This document shows positions 11,501 through 25,430 of a stretch of 64,000 bases of DNA, piece by piece. This DNA comes from Paragordius varius. Lineage: Eukaryota > Animalia > Nematomorpha. Each line of letters opens with the position of its first letter. Position 1 is the first letter of the stretch. The stretch is from assembly GCA_964247055.1 (NCBI GenBank), contig OZ176052.1:13268001-13332000 (forward strand), written 5' to 3'. Position numbers and translations under genes: made by a program. The notes below the pieces were generated by a model. That model saw only the letters and a program-made list of their open reading frames with translations. It searched no databases and was not told the DNA's origin.

Positions 11501-14098
11501 CGCATCAATACTCAAGTTAAACTTTGTCCTTAAAAATTGGATATTGGTCACCGGTGAACAAAATTATTTTTTATACATTCTCTTAGTAAGACTACATCAA
11601 AATATAGAGATAGTTTGAAACTCTTTCATATCCGATTTTTACAACGATACTTTAAAAATTAATGTGTTAAACTAGTCGCATCAATACTCAAGTTAAACTT
11701 TGTCCTTAAAAATCGAATATTGGTCACCGGTGAACAAAATTATTTTTTATACATTCTCTTAGTAAGACTACATCAAAATATAGAGATAGTTTGACAAACT
11801 CTTTTATATTCGATTTTTACAACGATACTTTAAAAATTAATGTATAAAACTAGTCGCATCAATACTCAAGTTAAACTTTATCCGTAATAATCGGATATTG
11901 GTCACCGGTGAACAAAATAATTTTTTATACATTCTCTTAGTAAGACTACATCAAAATATAGAGATAGTTTGACAAACTCTTTCATATCCAATTTTTACAA
12001 CGATACTTTAAAAATTATGGTATTAAACCAGTCGCATCAATACTCAAGTTAAACTTTGTCCTTAAAAATCGGATATTGGTCACCGGTGAACATAATTATT
12101 TTTTATACATTCTCTTAGTCAGACTACATCAAAATATATAATAGTTTGACAAACTCTTTCATATCTGATTTTTACAACGATACTTTAAAAATTAATGTAT
12201 AAAACTAGTCGCATCAATACTCAAGTTAAACTTTATCCTTAAAAATTGGATATTGGTCACCGGTGAACAAAATAATTTTTTATACATTCTCTTAGTAAGA
12301 CTACATCAAAATTTAGAGATAGTTTGACAAACTCTTTCATATCCGATTTTTACAACGATACTTTAAAAATTATGGTATTAAACTAGTCGCATCAATACTC
12401 AAATTTAACTTTGTCCTTAAAAATCGGATATTGGTCACCGGTGAACAAAATTATTTTTTATATATTCTCTTAGCAAGACTACATCAAAATATAGAGATAG
12501 TTTGACAAACTCTTTCATACCGATTTTTACAACGGTACTTTAAAAATTAATGTATAAAACTAGTCGCATCAATATTCAAGTTAAACTTTGTCCTTAAAAA
12601 TCGGATATTGGTCACCGGTGAACAAAATAATTTTTTATACATTCTCTTAGTAAGACTACATCAAAATATAGAGATAGTTTGACAAACTCTTTCATATCCG
12701 ATTTTTACAACGATACTTTAAAAATTATGGTATTAAACCAGTCGCATCAATACTCAAGTTAAACTTTGTCCTTAAAAATCGAATATTGGCCATCGGTGAA
12801 CAAAATTATTTTTTATACATTCTCTTAGCAAGACTACATCAAAATATAGAGATAGTTTGACAAACTCTTTCATATCCGATTTTTACAACGATACTTTAAA
12901 AATTAATGTATTAAACTAGTCGCATCAATACTCAAGTTAAACTTTGTCCTTAAAAATCGGATATTGGTCACCGGTGAACAAAATAATTTTTTATGCATTC
13001 TCTTAGTAAGACTACATCAAAATATAGAGATAGTTTGACAAACTCTTTCATATCCGATTTTTACAACGATACTTTAAAAATTATGGTATTAAACCAGTCG
13101 CATCAATACTCAAGTTAAACTTTGTCCTTAAAAATCGGATATTGGTCACCGGTGAACAAAATTATTTTTTATGCATTCTCTTAGTAAGACTACATCAAAA
13201 TATAGAGATAGTTTGACAAACTCTTTCATATCCCATTTTTGCAACGATACTTTAAAAATTAATGTATAAAACTAGTCATATCAATAAATCGCATCAATAC
13301 TCAAGTTAAACTATATCCTTAAAAATCGGATATTGGTCACCGGTGAACAAAATTATTTTTTATACATTCTCTTAGCAAGACTACATCAAAATATAGAGAT
13401 AGTTTGACAAACTCTTTCATATCCGATTTTTACAACGATACTTTAAAAATTAATGTATTAAACTAGTCGCATCAATACTCAAGTTAAACTTTGTCCTTAA
13501 AAATCGGATATTGGTCACCGGTGAACAAAATAATTTTTTATACATTCTCTTAGTAAGACTACATCAAAATATAGAGATAGTTTGACAAACTCTTTCATAT
13601 CCGATTTTTACAACGATACTTTAAAAATTATGGTATTAAACCAGTCGCATCAATACTCAAGTTAAACTTTGTCCTTAAAAATCGGATATTGGTCACCGGT
13701 GAACAAAATTATTTTTTATACATTCTCTTAGTAATTACATCAAAATATAGAGATAGTTTGACAAACTCTTTCATATCCGATTTTTACAACGATATTTTAA
13801 AAATTACTGTATTAAACTAGTCGCATCAATACTCAAGTTAAACTTTGTCCTTAAAAATCGGATATTGGTCACCGGTGAACAAAATAATTTTTTATACATT
13901 TTCTTAGTAAGACTACATCAAAATATAGAGATAGTTTGACAAACTCTTTCATATCCGAATTTTACAACGATACTTTAAAAATTAATGTATTAAACTAGTC
14001 GCATCAATACTCAAGTTAAACTTTGTCCTTAAAAATCGGATATTGGTCACCGGTGAACAAAATTATTTTTTATACATTCTCTTAGTAATTACATCAAA

Positions 14099-16530
14099 AT
14101 ATAGAGATAGTTTGACAAACTCTTTCATATCCGATTTTTACAACGATACTTTAAAAATTATGGTATTAAACCAGTCGCATCAATACTCAAGTTAAACTTT
14201 GTCCTTAAAAATCGGATATTGGTCACCGGTGAACAAAATTATTTTTTATACATTCTCTTAGCAAGACTACATCAAAATATAGAGATAGTTTGACAAACTC
14301 TTTCATATCCGATTTTTACAACGATACTTTAAAAATTAATGTATTAAACTAGTCGCATCAATACTCAAGTTAAACTTTGTCCTTAAAAATTGGATATTGG
14401 TCACCGGTGAACAAAATTATTTTTTATATATTCTCTTAGCAAGACTACATCAAAATATAGATATAGTTTGACAAACTCTTTCATATCCGATTTTTACAAC
14501 GATACTTTAAAAATTAATGTATAAAACTAGTCGTATCAATAAATCGCATCAATACTTAAGTTAAACTTTGTCCTTAAAAATCGGATATTGGTCACCGGTG
14601 AACAAAATTATTTTTTATACATTCTCTTAGTAGGACTACATCAAAATATAGAGATAGTTTAGCAAACTCTTTCATATCCGATTTTTACAACGATACTTTA
14701 AAAATTAATGTATAAAACTAGTCGCATCAATACTCAAGTTAAACTTTGTCCTTAAAAATTGAATATTGGTCACCGGTGAACAAAATTATTTTTTATACAT
14801 TCTCTTAGTAAGACTACATCAAAATATAGAGATAGTTTGAAACTCTTTCATATCCGATTTTTACAACGATACTTTAAAAATTAATGTGTTAAACTAGTCG
14901 CATCAATACTCAAGTTAAACTTTGTCCTTAAAAATCGAATATTGGTCACCGGTGAACAAAATTATTTTTTATACATTCTCTTAGTAAGACTACATCAAAA
15001 TATAGAGATAGTTTGACAAACTCTTTTATATTCGATTTTTACAACGATACTTTAAAAATTAATGTATAAAACTAGTCGCATCAATACTCAAGTTAAACTT
15101 TATCCGTAATAATCGGATATTGGTCACCGGTGAACAAAATAATTTTTTATACATTCTCTTAGTAAGACTACATCAAAATATAGAGATAGTTTGACAAACT
15201 CTTTCATATCCAATTTTTACAACGATACTTTAAAAATTATGGTATTAAACCAGTCGCATCAATACTCAAGTTAAACTTTGTCCTTAAAAATCGGATATTG
15301 GTCACCGGTGAACATAATTATTTTTTATACATTCTCTTAGTCAGACTACATCAAAATATATAATAGTTTGACAAACTCTTTCATATCTGATTTTTACAAC
15401 GATACTTTAAAAATTAATGTATAAAACTAGTCGCATCAATACTCAAGTTAAACTTTATCCTTAAAAATTGGATATTGGTCACCGGTGAACAAAATAATTT
15501 TTTATACATTCTCTTAGTAAGACTACATCGAAATTTAGAGATAGTTTGACAAACTCTTTCATATCCGATTTTTACAACGATACTTTAAAAATTATGGTAT
15601 TAAACTAGTCGCATCAATACTCAAATTTAACTTTGTCCTTAAAAATCGGATATTGGTCACCGGTGAACAAAATTATTTTTTATATATTCTCTTAGCAAGA
15701 CTACATCAAAATATAGAGATAGTTTGACAAACTCTTTCATACCGATTTTTACAACGATACTTTAAAAATTAATGTATAAAACTAGTCGTATCAATAAATC
15801 GCATCAATACTCAAGTTAAACTTTGTCCTTAAAAATCGGATATTGGTCACCGGTGAACAAAATTATTTTTTATACATTCTCTTAGTAGGACTACATCAAA
15901 ATATAGAGATAGTTTAGCAAACTCTTTCATATCCGATTTTTAAAACGATACTTTAAAAATTAATATAAAACTAGTCGCATCAATACTCAAGTTAAACTTT
16001 GTCCTTAAAAATCGAATATTGGTCACCGGTGAACAAAATTATTTTTTATACATTCTCTTAGTAAGACTACATCAAAATATAGAGATAGTTTGAAACTCTT
16101 TCATATCCGATTTTGACAACGATACTTTAAAAATTAATGTGTTAAACTAGTCGCATCAATACTCAAGTTAAACTTTGTCCTTAAAAATTGGATATTGGTC
16201 ACCGGTGAACAAAATTATTTTTTATACATTCTCTTAGTAAGACTACATCAAAATATAGAGATAGTTTGACAAACTCTTTCATATCCGATTTTAACAACGA
16301 TACTTTAAAAATTAATGTATTAAACTAGTCGCATCAATACTCAAGTTAAACTTTGTCCTTAAAAATCGGATATTGGTCACCTGTGAACAAAATAATTTTT
16401 TATACATTCTCTTAGCAAGACTACATCAAAATTTAGAGATAGTTTGACAAACTCTTTCATATCCGATTTTTACAACGATACTTTAAAAATTATGGTATTA
16501 AACTAGTCGCATCAATACTCAAGTTAAACT
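14099..16530 (+). repeat. Near-identical copy of window positions 1-about 2430 (offset 14098-14100)
   Basis: Lines 361-2400 and 14461-16500 match apart from a few SNPs (e.g. 783 G/A, CATCA/CATCG, CCGGTG/CCTGTG) and share the rare TACTTAAG variant. Confidence 0.93.
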
Positions 16531-18480
16531 TTATCCGTAATAATCGGATATTGGTCACCGGTGAACAAAATTATTTTTTATACATTCTCTTAGTAGGACT
16601 ACATCAAAATATAGAGATAGTTTAGCAAACTCTTTCATATCCGATTTTTACAACGATACTTTAAAAATTAATGTATAAAACTAGTCGCATCAATACTCAA
16701 GTTAAACTTTGTCCTTAAAAATTGGATATTGGTCACCGGTGAACAAAATTATTTTTTATACATTCTCTTAGTAAGACTACATCAAAATATAGAGATAGTT
16801 TGAAACTCTTTCATATCCGATTTTTACAACGATACTTTAAAAATTAATGTGTTAAACTAGTCGCATCAATACTCAAGTTAAACTTTGTCCTTAAAAATCG
16901 AATATTGGTCACCGGTGAACAAAATTATTTTTAATACATTCTCTTAGTAAGACTACATCAAAATATAGAGATAGTTTGACAAACTCTTTTATATTCGATT
17001 TTTACAACGATACTTTAAAAATTAATGTATAAAACTAGTCGCATCAATACTCAAGTTAAACTTTATCCGTAATAATCGGATATTGGTCACCGGTGAACAA
17101 AATAATTTTTTATACATTCTCTTAGTAAGACTACATCAAAATATAGAGATAGTTTGACAAACTCTTTCATATCCAATTTTTACAACGATACTTTAAAAAT
17201 TATGGTATTAAACCAGTCGCATCAATACTCAAGTTAAACTTTGTCCTTAAAAATCGGATATTGGTCACCGGTGAACATAATTATTTTTTATACATTCTCT
17301 TAGTCAGACTACATCAAAATATATAATAGTTTGACAAACTCTTTCATATCTGATTTTTACAACGATACTTTAAAAATTAATGTATAAAACTAGTCGCATC
17401 AATACTCAAGTTAAACTTTATCCTTAAAAATTGGATATTGGTCACCGGTGAACAAAATAATTTTTTATACATTCTCTTAGTAAGACTACATCAAAATTTA
17501 GAGATAGTTTGACAAACTCTTTCATATCCGATTTTTACAACGATACTTTAAAAATTATGGTATTAAACTAGTCGCATCAATACTCAAATTTAACTTTGTC
17601 CTTAAAAATCGGATATTGGTCACCGGTGAACAAAATTATTTTTTATATATTCTCTTAGCAAGACTACATCAAAATATAGAGATAGTTTGACAAACTCTTT
17701 CATACCGATTTTTACAACGATACTTTAAAAATTAATGTATAAAACTAGTCGTATCAATAAATCGCATCAATACTCAAGTTAAACTTTGTCCTTAAAAATC
17801 GGATATTGGTCACCGGTGAACAAAATTATTTTTTATACATTCTCTTAGTAGGACTACATCAAAATATAGAGATAGTTTAGCAAACTCTTTCATATCCGAT
17901 TTTTAAAACGATACTTTAAAAATTAATATAAAACTAGTCGCATCAATACTCAAGTTAAACTTTGTCCTTAAAAATCGAATATTGGTCACCGGTGAACAAA
18001 ATTATTTTTTATACATTCTCTTAGTAAGACTACATCAAAATATAGAGATAGTTTGAAACTCTTTCATATCCGATTTTGACAACGATACTTTAAAAATTAA
18101 TGTGTTAAACTAGTCGCATCAATACTCAAGTTAAACTTTGTCCTTAAAAATTGGATATTGGTCACCGGTGAACAAAATTATTTTTTATACATTCTCTTAG
18201 TAAGACTACATCAAAATATAGAGATAGTTTGACAAACTCTTTCATATCCGATTTTAACAACGATACTTTAAAAATTAATGTATTAAACTAGTCGCATCAA
18301 TACTCAAGTTAAACTTTGTCCTTAAAAATCGGATATTGGTCACCTGTGAACAAAATAATTTTTTATACATTCTCTTAGCAAGACTACATCAAAATTTAGA
18401 GATAGTTTGACAAACTCTTTCATATCCGATTTTTACAACGATACTTTAAAAATTATGGTATTAAACTAGTCGCATCAATA
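14630..18480 (+). repeat. 11-monomer higher-order repeat, period 1963 bp, about 2 copies
   Basis: TAGGACT 14631/16594, TGAAACT 14838/16801 and CATACCG 15738/17701. The offset equals 11x178+13-1-2-2-2-1. Confidence 0.9.
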
Positions 18481-18689
18481 CTCAAATTAAACTTTGTCCT
18501 TAAAAATCGGATATTGGTCACCGGTGAACAAAATTATTTTTTATACATTTTCTTAGTAAGACTACATCAAAATATAGAGATAGTTTGACAAACTCTTTCA
18601 TATCCGATTTTTACAACGATACTTTAAAAATTATGGTATTAAACCAGTCGCATCAATACTCAAGTTAAACTTTGTCCTTAAAAATCGGA

Positions 18690-21300
18690 TATTGGTCACC
18701 GGTGAACAAAATTATTTTTTATACATTCTCTTAGTAAGACTACATCAAAATATATAGATAGTTTGACAAACTCTTTCATATCCGATTTTTACAACGATAC
18801 TTTAAAAATTATGGTATTAAACCAGTCGCATCAATACTCAAGTTAAACTTTGTCCTTAAAAATCGGATATTGGTCACCGGTGAACAAAATTATTTTTTAT
18901 ACATTCTCTTAGTAAGACTACATCAAAATATAGAGATTGTTTGACAAACTCTTTCATATCCGATTTTTACAACGATACTTTAAAAATTAATGTATAAAAC
19001 TAGTCGCATCAATACTCAAGTTAAACTTTATCCTTAAAAATTGGATATTGGTCACCGGTGAACAAAATTATTTTTTATACATTCTCTTAGTAAGACTACA
19101 TCAAAATATAGAGATAGTTTGACAAACTCTTTCATATCCGATTTTTACAACGATACTTTAAAAATTAATGTGTTAAACTAGTGGCATCAATACTCAAGTT
19201 AAACTTTGTCCTTAAAAATCGGATATTGGTCACCGGTGAACAAAATTATTTTCTATACATTCTCTTAGTAATTACATCAAAATATAGAGATAGTTTGACA
19301 AACTCTTTCATATCCGATTTTTACAACGATACATTAAAAATTACTGTATTAAACTAGTCGCATCAATACTCAAGTTAAACTTTGTCCTTAAAAATCGGAT
19401 ATTGGTCACCGGTGAACAAAATAATTTTTCATACATTCTCTAAGTAAAACTACATCAAAATATAGAGATAGTTTGACAAACTCTTTCATATCCGATTTTT
19501 ACAACGATACTTTAAAAATTAATGTATTAAACTAGTCGCATCAATACTCAAGTTAAACTTTGTCCTTAAAAATCGGATATTGGTCACCGGTGAACAAAAT
19601 TATTTTTTATACATTCTCTTAGCAAGACTACATCAAAATATAGAGATAGTTTGACAAACTCTTTCATATCCGATTTTTACAACGATACTTTATAAATTAA
19701 TGTATAAAACTAGTCGCATCAATACTCAAGTTAAACTTTGTCCTTAAAAATCGGATATTGGTCACCGGTGAACAAAATTATTTTTTATACATTCTCTTAG
19801 TAACTACATCCAAATATAGAGATATTTTGACAAACTCTTTCATATCCGATTTTTACAACGATACTTTAAAAATTACTGTATTAAACTAGTCGCATCAATA
19901 CTCAAGTTAAACTTTGTCCTTAAAAATCGGATATTGGTCACCGGTGAACAAAATAATTTTTTATACATTCTCTTAGTAAGACTACATCAAAATATAGAGA
20001 TAGTTTGACAAACTCTTTCATCTCCGATTTTTACAACGATACTTTAAAAATTAATGTTTAAAACTAGTCGCATCAATACTCAAGTTAAACTTTGTCCTTA
20101 AAAATCGGATATTGGTCACCGGTGAACAAAATTATTTTTTATACATTCTCTTAGTAAGACTACATCAAAATATAGAGATAGTTTGACAAACTCTTTCATA
20201 TCCGATTTTTACAACGATACTTTAAAAATTAATGTATTAAACTAGTCGCATCAATACTCAAGTTAAACTTTGTCCTTAAAAATCGGATATTGGTCACCGG
20301 TGAACAAAATTATTTTTTATACATTCTCTTAGTAAGACTACATCAAAATATAGAGATTGTTTGACAAACTCTTTCATATCCGATTTTTACTACGATACTT
20401 TAAAAATTACTGTATTAAACTAGTCGCATCAATACTCAAGTTAAACTTTGTCCTTAAAAATCGGATATTGGTCACCGGTGAACAAAATTATTTTTTATAC
20501 ATTCTCTTAGTAAGACTACATCAAAATATAGAGATAGTTTGACAAACTCTTTCATATCCGATTTTTACAACGATACTTTAAAAATTAATGTATTAAACTA
20601 GTCGCATCAATACTCAAGTTAAACTTTGTCCTTAAAAATCGGATATTGGTCACCGGTGAACAAAATTATTTTTTATACATTCTCTTAGTAAGACTACATC
20701 AAAATATAGAGATTGTTTGACAAACTCTTTCATATCCGATTTTTACAACGATACTTTAAAAATTAATGTATAAAACTAGTCGCATCAATACTCAAGTTAA
20801 ACTTTATCCTTAAAAATTGGATATTGGTCACCGGTGAACAAAATAATTTTTTATACATTCTCTTAGTAAGACTACATCAAAATATAGAGATAGTTTGACA
20901 AACTCTTTCATCTCCGATTTTTACAACGATACTTTAAAAATTAATGTATAAAACTAGTCGCATCAATACTCAAGTTAAACTTTGTCCTTAAAAATCGGAT
21001 ATTGGTCACCGGTGAACAAAATTATTTTTTATACATTCTCTTAGTAAGACTACATCAAAATATAGAGATAGTTTGACAAACTCTTTCATATCCGATTTTT
21101 ACAACGATACTTTAAAAATTAATGTATTAAACTAGTCGCATCAATACTCAAGTTAAACTTTGTCCTTAAAAATCGGATATTGGTCACCGGTGAACAAAAT
21201 TATTTTTTATACATTCTCTTAGTAAGACTACATCAAAATATAGAGATAGTTTGACAAACTCTTTCATCTCCGATTTTTACAACGATACTTTAAAAATTAA
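18690..21300 (+). repeat. Near-identical copy of about 5670-8285 (offset 13019)
   Basis: ATATATAGAT 5731/18750, AGTGGC, TTCTATAC, GTAACTACATCC 6781/19800 and pseudo-ORFs 7338/20357 all at offset 13019. Confidence 0.9.
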
Positions 21301-21329
21301 TGTATTAAACTAGTCGCATCAATACTCAA

Positions 21330-24300
21330 GTTAAACTTTGTCCTTAAAAATCGGATATTGGTCACCAGTGAACAAAATTATTTTTTATACATTCTCTTAG
21401 TAAGACTACATCAAAATATAGAGATTGTTTGACAAACTCTTTCATATCCGATTTTTACAACGATACTTTAAAAATTACTGTATTAAACTAGTCGCATCAA
21501 TACTCAAGTTAAACTTTGTCCTTAAAAATCGGATATTGGTCACCGGTGAACAAAATTATTTTTTATACATTCTCTTAGTAAGACTACATCAAAATATAGA
21601 GATAGTTTGACAAACTCTTTCATATCCGATTTTTACAACGATACTTTAAAAATTAATGTATTAAACTAGTCGCATCAATACTCAAGTTAAACTTTGTCCT
21701 TAAAAATCGGATATTGGTCACCGGTGAACAAAATTATTTTTTATACATTCTCTTAGTAAGACTACATCAAAATATAGAGATTGTTTGACAAACTCTTTCA
21801 TATCCGATTTTTACAACGATACTTTAAAAATTAATGTATAAAACTAGTCGCATCAATACTCAAGTTAAACTTTATCCTTAAAAATTGGATATTGGTCACC
21901 GGTGAACAAAATAATTTTTTATACATTCTCTTAGTAAGACTACATCAAAATATAGAGATAGTTTGACAAACTCTTTCATCTCCGATTTTTACAACGATAC
22001 TTTAAAAATTAATGTATAAAACTAGTCGCATCAATATTCAAGTTAAACTTTGTCCTTAAAAATCGGATATTGGTCACCGGTGAAAAAATTATTTTTTATA
22101 CATTCTCTTAGTAAGACTACATCAAAATATAGAGATAGTTTGACAAACTCTTTCATATCCGATTTTTACAACGATACTTTAAAAATTAATGTATTAAACT
22201 AGTCGCATCAATACTCAAGTTAAACTTTGTCCTTAAAAATCGGATATTGGTCACCGGTGAACAAAATTATTTTTTATACATTCTCTTAGTAAGACTACAT
22301 CAAAATATAGAGATTGTTTGACAAACTCTTTCATATCCGATTTTTACAACGATACTTTAAAAATTAATGTATAAAACTAGTCGCATCAATACTCAAGTTA
22401 AACTTTATCATTAAAAATTGTATATTGGTCACCGGTGAACAAAATTATTTTTTATACATTCTATTAGTAAGACTACATCAAAATATATAGATAGTTTGAC
22501 AAACTCTTTCATATCCGATTTTTACAACGATACTTTAAAAATTATGGTATTAAACCAGTCGCATCAATACTCAAGTTAAACTTTGTCCTTAAAAATCGGA
22601 TATTGGTCACCGGTGAACAAAATTATTTTTTATACATTCTCTTAGTAAGACTACATCAAAATATAGAGATTGTTTGACAAACTCTTTCATATCCGATTTT
22701 TACAACGATACTTTAAAAATTAATGTATAAAACTAGTCGCATCAACACTCAAGTTAAACTTTATCCTTAAAAATTGGATATTGGTCACCGGTGAACAAAA
22801 TTATTTTTTATACATTCTCTTAGTAAGACTACATCAAAATATAGAGATAGTTTGACAAACTCTTTCATATCCGATTTTTACAACGATACTTTAAAAATTA
22901 ATGTGTTAAACTAGTGGCATCAATACTCAAGTTAAACTTTGTCCTTAAAAATCGGATATTGGTCACCGGTGAACAAAATTATTTTCTATACATTCTCTTA
23001 GTAATTACATCAAAATATAGAGATAGTTTGACAAACTCTTTCATATCCGATTTTTACAACGATACATTAAAAATTACTGTATTAAACTAGTCGCATCAAT
23101 ACTCAAGTTAAACTTTGTCCTTAAAAATCGGATATTGGTCACCGGTGAACAAAATTATTTTTTATACATTCTCTTAGTAAGACTACATCAAAATATAGAG
23201 ATAGTTTGACAAACTCTTTCATATCCGATTTTTACAACGATACTTTAAAAATTAATGTATTAAACTAGTCGCATCAATACTCAAGTTAAACTTTGTCCTT
23301 AAAAATCGGATATTGGTCACCGGTGAACAAAATTATTTTTTATACATTCTCTTAGTAAGACTACATCAAAATATAGAGATTGTTTGACAAACTCTTTCAT
23401 ATCCGATTTTTACAACGATACTTTAAAAATTAATGTATAAAACTAGTCGCATCAACACTCAAGTTAAACTTTATCCTTAAAAATCGGATATTGGTCACCG
23501 GTGAACAAAATTATTTTTTAAACATTCTCTTAGTAAGACTACATCAAAATATAGAGATAGTTTGACAAACTCTTTCATATCCGATTTTTACAACGATACT
23601 TTAAAAATTAATGTATTAAACTAGTCGCATCAATACTCAAGTTAAACTTTGTCCTTAAAAATCGGATATTGGTCACCAGTGAACAAAATTATTTTTTATA
23701 CATTCTCTTAGTAAGACTACATCAAAATATAGAGATTGTTTGACAAACTCTTTCATATCCGATTTTTACAACGATACTTTAAAAATTACTGTATTAAACT
23801 AGTCGCATCAATACTCAAGTTAAACTTTGTCCTTAAAAATCGGATATTGGTCACCGGTGAACAAAATTATTTTTTATACATTCTCTTAGTAAGACTACAT
23901 CAAAATATAGAGATAGTTTGACAAACTCTTTCATATCCGATTTTTACAACGATACTTTAAAAATTAATGTATTAAACTAGTCGCATCAATACTCAAGTTA
24001 AACTTTGTCCTTAAAAATCGGATATTGGTCACCGGTGAACAAAATTATTTTTTATACATTCTCTTAGTAAGACTACATCAAAATATAGAGATTGTTTGAC
24101 AAACTCTTTCATATCCGATTTTTACAACGATACTTTAAAAATTAATGTATAAAACTAGTCGCATCAATACTCAAGTTAAACTTTATCCTTAAAAATTGGA
24201 TATTGGTCACCGGTGAACAAAATAATTTTTTATACATTCTCTTAGTAAGACTACATCAAAATATAGAGATAGTTTGACAAACTCTTTCATCTCCGATTTT

Positions 24301-25430
24301 TACAACGATACTTTAAAAATTAATGTATAAAACTAGTCGCATCAATATTCAAGTTAAACTTTGTCCTTAAAAATCGGATATTGGTCACCGGTGAACAAAA
24401 TTATTTTTTATACATTCTCTTAGTAAGACTACATCAAAATATAGAGATAGTTTGACAAACTCTTTCATATCCGATTTTTACAACGATACTTTAAAAATTA
24501 ATGTATTAAACTAGTCGCATCAATACTCAAGTTAAACTTTGTCCTTAAAAATCGGATATTGGTCACCGGTGAACAAAATTATTTTTTATACATTCTCTTA
24601 GTAAGACTACATCAAAATATAGAGATTGTTTGACAAACTCTTTCATATCCGATTTTTACAACGATACTTTAAAAATTAATGTATAAAACTAGTCGCATCA
24701 ATACTCAAGTTAAACTTTATCATTAAAAATTGGATATTGGTCACCGGTTAACAAAATTATTTTTTATACATTCTATTAGTAAGACTACATCAAAATATAT
24801 AGATAGTTTGACAAACTCTTTCATATCCGATTTTTACAACGATACTTTAAAAATTATGGTATTAAACCAGTCGCATCAATACTCAAGTTAAACTTTGTCC
24901 TTAAAAATCGGATATTGGTCACCGGTGAACAAAATTATTTTTTATACATTCTCTTAGTAAGACTACATCAAAATATAGAGATTGTTTGACAAACTCTTTC
25001 ATATCCGATTTTTACAACGATACTTTAAAAATTAATGTATAAAACTAGTCGCATCAACACTCAAGTTAAACTTTATCCTTAAAAATTGGATATTGGTCAC
25101 CGGTGAACAAAATTATTTTTTATACATTCTCTTAGTAAGACTACATCAAAATATAGAGATAGTTTGACAAACTCTTTCATATCCGATTTTTACAACGATA
25201 CTTTAAAAATTAATGTGTTAAACTAGTGGCATCAATACTCAAGTTAAACTTTGTCCTTAAAAATCGGATATTGGTCACCGGTGAACAAAATTATTTTCTA
25301 TACATTCTCTTAGTAATTACATCAAAATATAGAGATAGTTTGACAAACTCTTTCATATCCGATTTTTACAACGATACATTAAAAATTACTGTATTAAACT
25401 AGTCGCATCAATACTCAAGTTAAACTTTGT
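21330..25430 (+). repeat. 13-monomer higher-order repeat, period 2311-2312 bp, about 1.8 copies
   Basis: CCAGTG 21361/23672, pseudo-ORFs 21425/23736, TCAATATTC 22031/24342 and ATCAACAC 22741/25053. Confidence 0.9.
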
